Made by a program: the position numbers and the translations under genes
The notes under the pieces: model-generated
Told to the model about the DNA's origin: nothing
What the model saw: only the letters and a program-made list of their open reading frames with translations
Databases searched by the model: none
Part shown: positions 59,035-64,000 of the stretch, piece after piece
Layout of the letters: each line of letters begins with the position of its first letter
Position numbering within the stretch: position 1 is the stretch's first letter
Source: the human T2T-CHM13v2.0 reference genome, Homo sapiens
Strand: one strand, 5' to 3'
DNA: 64,000 nt
Assembly: GCF_009914755.1 (NCBI RefSeq)
Contig: NC_060937.1

Positions 59035-59670
59035 TGATCACTGGTAATTTTCTCTGATTTAAAGTCTAATTTGTCAAGTATTAAATTGGCCACTTCATTT
59101 TCCTTTTGCAGGCCTGTATTTTTCTATTTTCTTTTACTTTTAACTTGTTGACATCACAATGTATTCATTTCTTTTTGTATCCAGTATGTATTTGGAACAC
59201 ATTTTATTTATTTTAATCTGAAATTTCCCTTTTAAATTTTGTTTATATAGGCCAATTACTTTAGATGTATTTATTTAGAATTCAAATCTAGCATTTTATT
59301 ATTTATTTTTGTTTGTACCACCTGTTTGTTGTTGTTGCTCTCCTCCCTATTCCTGCCTGCTGTAGAATTATTTGAATACTCACATTTATGTATTGACTTC
59401 TTGGTTATATTTCATTGCATCATTTTTCTTTTCTTAGTCACTGTATAAATTAAACTATACTAAACTACACTTTCACATTCTATTTAGTTAACATTGTACC
59501 AATGTAGAACTAAAATGTTCTCATTATATTTTGCATTTATTGTTCTATTTGGTATTAGTTTTATTCCAAGTGAAATTTATTTTAATTAACTTAAGTGGGA
59601 AAATATTTTATTTATGCAGTTATTTACCATTTTTTATTGCCTTTCCTTTAAGCTTTACCTTCTAAGTTTA
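59035..59670 (-). mobile_element. Old L1M fragment
   Basis: ttaaagtctaatttgtcaagtattaaattggccacttca...ttttacttttaactt. Confidence 0.55.
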
Positions 59671-59682
59671 ATTCTAATTTGA

Positions 59683-59684
<2 letters not shown>

Positions 59685-59713
<29 letters not shown>

Positions 59714-60020
59714 GAGACAGGATCTCTCACTCTGTTACCCAGGCTGGAGTGAAGTAACACAATCATAGCTCATTGTAACCTCAGACGTCTAGGCTCAAGC
59801 AATCCTCCCATCTCAACTTCCCAAGCAGCTAGGACTATAGGTACATGCCACCATACCCAGGTAATTTCTTTTACTTTTTTTCTTGGTTTTTTAATTCTTT
59901 TGTAGAGACAGGGTCTCACTATGTTGCCCAGGCTGGTCTCTAACTCCTGGCTTCAAGCAATCCACTCACCTTGGCCTCCCAAAGTAATGGAATTATAGGC
60001 ATGAGCCACTATGCTTGGTC
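59685..60020 (-). mobile_element. AluJ
   Basis: T29, gagacaggatctc...aatcatagctcattgtaacctc...ggctcaagcaatcctccc...gggtctcactatgttgcccagg. Confidence 0.93.
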
Positions 60021-61273
60021 TCAACATATTTTTTAATATACTTTTATTGGCTGAAGTCTTTTAGAAATAAGAACTATGTCTTTTACATTTCAATTTCTTC
60101 CACATGTCCTTATGAAGTGATTTAATTTTAAGTGATTTAATAATTTACTCTATGAGTTCCATAAATCTATATGAATAGTAATCTGTATTAAATATTAAAT
60201 ACTCTTCAAATTATCATTTTAAATATAGCAGAACTGAGATAGTTATATTAGAGAGAATTCTTATTTTTGCCATATTTATTACAATTTTTGTGTTTGAAAA
60301 AAACCCAACTACTGTATCACAGAAATACATTTTCTTCTAAGTTAAAAGAAAAATTTAGCCACAATGATGAACAATATAAAACCTTAGATTTACATTTCAT
60401 TGCACATTAGATTTATGATTTTGGGGTTTTCATAACTACGTATTTCAACACTATTTCCTTAAGTACAGCGATATCATTGATGTATGAAATGAGGAAAAAA
60501 CCATAGTCATAAGCTTCTTTATGCAAACAAACAAAAATATATAAACATAGTTTTGGTTTTTTTTTTGCATATGACATGATCTTATGTGTTTATATTTTGC
60601 ATACAAGATCCACTCTCTGGAGCTCCTTTTTGCTTCAAGGTTGCTTGATGAAGTTCTATTTAACTTTCAGGGAACCATTGTTACAAATTTTGGAAGTCTT
60701 TTTTTAAATTTTTATGTAAAATATATATTTTTTAAAAAGTTTATGTGCTTATTGCAGGAGATTTGCTTAATACAAAAAAAAAGAAAAAACACCATCATTT
60801 CATAATTCATAAAGAGCTATTGTATTTGTTTACAACCTTTCAGATCTGCCTATACATGTACATTTTTTAAATAAATCAACATAGTTATCATCCTATTATT
60901 GTTATTCTTTAATCTGACATTTTTACTCTTTAAACAATATATTGTGACCATATTTTTTGGTCAATAAATATAAATCTACATAGGTAATTTATCTATGGTG
61001 TTAAGTTATTGGCCAATTTCTAAATTATCTAAGTGATTATTAATTAATATGCATTTAAATTTTTCTCAATTTGTCACTATTGAAAACAATGTATATTCTT
61101 GTATATGTTTTTACACGCTTGCCAAATAATGTCTCAGATGTTTATAACACTTGTTTTTAGTCAGTAAATGTTTTTAAATTAATCATTTGATTCTAGAAGT
61201 TTTAGATAAACATTAAGAATATGAAGATAGTAAAAAGAATTTCCTTACACCCAACAACCAGTTTCCTCTGTTA

Positions 61274-62567
61274 CTAGGTGAGTGCAAAAGTAATTGCAGT
61301 TTTTGCATTGTTGGAATTTAATGTTTGATATTGGAATACATTCTTAAATAAATGTGGTTTTTTTATACATCATTTAATGAGCAATTCTTGCTTTATGTTT
61401 TTTGCTAATGGTGTATTATTTGCTGTTTATTTTAGACTATGGAAATAATGTTAGACAAAAAGCAAATTCAAGTGATTTTTTTATTTCAATTCAAAATGGG
61501 TCTTTATTAAAGCAGCAGAGACAACTTACAATGTCAACAATGCCTTTGGCCCAGGAACCTGCTAATGAACGTACGCTGCAGTGGTGGTTCAGGGAGTTTT
61601 GTAAAGGAGAGGAGAGCCTTGAAGATGAGGAGCATAGTGGTCGGCCATTGGAAGTTGACAATGACTAATTGAGAGCAATCCTGGAAGCTGATCCTCTTAC
61701 AACTACACGAGAAGTTATTGAGGAACTCAACATAGACCATTCTATGATCTTTTGGCATTTAAAGCAAATTGGAAAGGTGAAAAAGCTTGATAAGTGCATG
61801 CCTCATGAGCTGACTGAATATCAAAAAAAAAAATCACAGTTTTTGAAGTGTCATCTTCTCTTATTCTAAGCAACAACGATGAACCATTTCTCTATCTGAC
61901 TGTGACATGCGATAAAAAGTGGATTTTATACGACAACCAGTGATGACTAGCTCAGTGAGTGGCCCAAGAAGAAGCTCTAAAGCATTTCCCAAGGCCAAAC
62001 TTGCACCAAAAAAAGGTGATGGTCACTGTTTGGTGGTCTGCTGATGGTCTGATCCACTAGAGGTTTCTGAATCTTGGCGAAACCATTACATCTGAGAAGT
62101 ATGCTCAGCAAATCGAGGAAATGTACCAAAAACTGCAATGCCTGCAGCCAGCTTTGGTTAGAAAGGGCCCAATTCTTCTCCATGACAACACCCAACTGCA
62201 TCTCGCACAAAAAACGCTTCAAAAGTTGAACAAATTGGACTATGAAATTTCGCCTCATCTGCCATATTCTCCTGACCTATCGTCAACTTACTACCATTTC
62301 TTAAAGCATCTCAATAACTTGCCAGGAAAATGCTTCCACACCAGCAGGATGCAAAAAAAAAAAAAAAAAAAAAAATGCTTTCCAAGAGTTTGTTGAATCC
62401 CAAAGCATTGACTTTTACACTACAGGAATGCACAAAGTTATTTCTCATTGGCAAAAATGTGTTGATTGTAATGGTTCCTATTTTGATTAATAAAGATGTG
62501 TTTGAGTCTAGTTATAATAATTTTAAATTCATGGTGCAAAATCACAATTCCTTTTGCACTAACCTAT
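61274..62567 (+). mobile_element. Near full-length HSMAR1 mariner DNA transposon
   Basis: TIRs ctaggtgagtgcaaaagtaattgcagttttt and aaaatcacaattccttttgcactaacctat; TA at 61272-61273; ~1.29 kb. Confidence 0.96.
61439..62490 (+). pseudogene. Hsmar1 transposase pseudogene (frameshifts and stops)
   Basis: ATG GAA ATA ATG TTA GAC AAA AAG CAA ATT; fragments ANERTLQWWF..EESLEDEEHSGRP, MPHELT, TCDKKWILYDN, ILLHDN, HLPYSPDLS; ends GSYFD*. Confidence 0.92.
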
Positions 62568-63248
62568 TGAGAGCTTACTTTAGAATAGCATATTTTTTAC
62601 AATTACTGAATCAATATTGGTGCATTATTATTAAGAAAAATCCGTACTTCATTCAGACTTTCTTAATTTTTACCTAATGTCTTTTAGTTGCTGTTGTTCT
62701 AGGAGCTTATGCAGGATACTATATTACATGCAGTTATTCTGTCTTTAGGCTCCTCTTGGTTGTGACTGTTTTTCAGACATTGTTTTTGGATGGCTTAGGA
62801 GTTTTGAGAAATACTGGTCAGGTATTTTCTACAATATCTCTCAGTGGGATTCGTCTGATGTTTTTCTCATGATCAGACAAGAGTTTTTGTATTTTGGGGA
62901 AAAGACCACAAAAGGAAAGTGCCTTTCATGAAGGCGTATATACTAACAATATGAATTATTACACTTAATGTTAACTTTAATCACTTAGGTGGGGTCCGTT
63001 ATCCGATTTCTCCTCTGAAAAGTTACGTTTTTACTACATATTGATAAATTATAATTTTATGTATTTATAAGGTGAAAAGTGATGTTCTTATTTTCTAATA
63101 CAAGGTGGAAAAATTAAATTAGGATAATTAACGCATCCATTGCATCAAATATTTAATATTTTTGTGATTACTATTTTTTTTCCTTCTTTCCATTCTATAC
63201 ATTTTGGAAGAAGGTTATTATGCACAACCCATGCTTAAAGAGTAGGCA
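62568..63248 (-). mobile_element. L1MC-like 3' UTR hosting HSMAR1 (other piece ~61190-61273), with a small L1MA 3' insert at ~63040-63166
   Basis: tttttacctaatgtc, aatactggtcaggtatttt, gtctgatgtttttctcatgat, aagaccaca. Confidence 0.72.
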
Positions 63249-63249
63249 G

Positions 63250-64000
63250 TTGTACCAATTTACGGTCCCACCAACAGTGTACATGTATACCAATTAGTAC
63301 AGCCACTATGAAAAATGGTATAGAGGTTCCTCAAGAAGGTAAAAATAGAACTACCATATGATTTAGTAATCCCACCTCTGGGAATCTATCCAAAAGAAGG
63401 AAAATCAGTATATTGAAGAGATATTTGCATCCTCATGTTTATTGCAGCACTGTTCACAACAGCCAAAATATGGCATCCACTTAAATGTCTATCAACAGAA
63501 GAATGGATAAAGAAAATGTAGAATATATAGACAATGGAAAATTACTTAGCTCAAAAAAGAATGAAATATTTTCATTTGTGGCAACATGAATGCAACTGGA
63601 AAACATTACATTAAGAAAAAGAAGCCAGGCACAGAAACACAAATATCATATGTTCTCACTTATATGTGGGAATTAATGTGTCTCATGAAGGTATTTAAAT
63701 AGAATGGTGGTTACCAGAGGCTAGGAAGAGTAGGGGAGATGGGTAATAAAAAGAGGATGGATAATGGGTACAAAAATGCAGTTAGGAAAAAGAAATAATT
63801 TCTAATGTTTGATAGCATAGTAGTGTGACTATAGTTAACATATTTTATTATATATTTTAAAATATCTAGAAAAGTAGATTTGGAATGTTCCCAACACAAA
63901 GAAATGACAAATGTTTAAGGTGATGGGTATCATAACTACTCAGATTTCATTACTACACATTGTAGGTTTGTATCAATATATCACATGGATCAAAATATCA
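63250..64000 (+). mobile_element. L1MA 3' portion with a short 5' inversion; runs off the window end
   Basis: aattagtacagccactatgaaaa...agccaggcacagaaacacaaatatc...gatttggaatgttcccaacacaaagaaatg...cattactacacattgt. Confidence 0.92.

Noticed and set aside
61439-62490. SETMAR exon or active transposase
   Set aside because: Both TIRs are present, the frame has multiple disruptions and no SET-domain exons are nearby; it is a dispersed dead copy.

Overview
AT-rich, gene-poor anthropoid-primate (human-like) genomic DNA, not prokaryotic. I find no credible protein-coding gene, RNA gene or CRISPR array; the supplied ORFs are chance ORFs or decayed transposon frames. The window is a mosaic of old repeats: L1 (L1PA13-17/L1PB/L1MA/L1MC/L1ME-like), L2, MIR, AluJ/AluS, MaLR LTRs (THE1, MST, MLT1), two complete THE1 proviruses with perfect 5-bp TSDs, three ERVL remnants, DNA transposons (MER44, MER58, MER33) and one near full-length, dead HSMAR1 mariner. 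Subfamily names come from recalled consensus sequences, not a database search, and most boundaries without TSDs are approximate. The most interesting structure is at 11.2-14.4 kb: a ~2.5-kb segment flanked by inverted copies of a non-repeat ~250-330 bp sequence. This splits one L1 into oppositely oriented pieces and is best explained by a single template-switch inversion/duplication/deletion event. Several other unusual retrotransposition or repair scars are visible (templated inverted insertion, internally deleted L1, twin-priming inversions, tail-to-tail Alu fusion). I cannot support a novel biological system.
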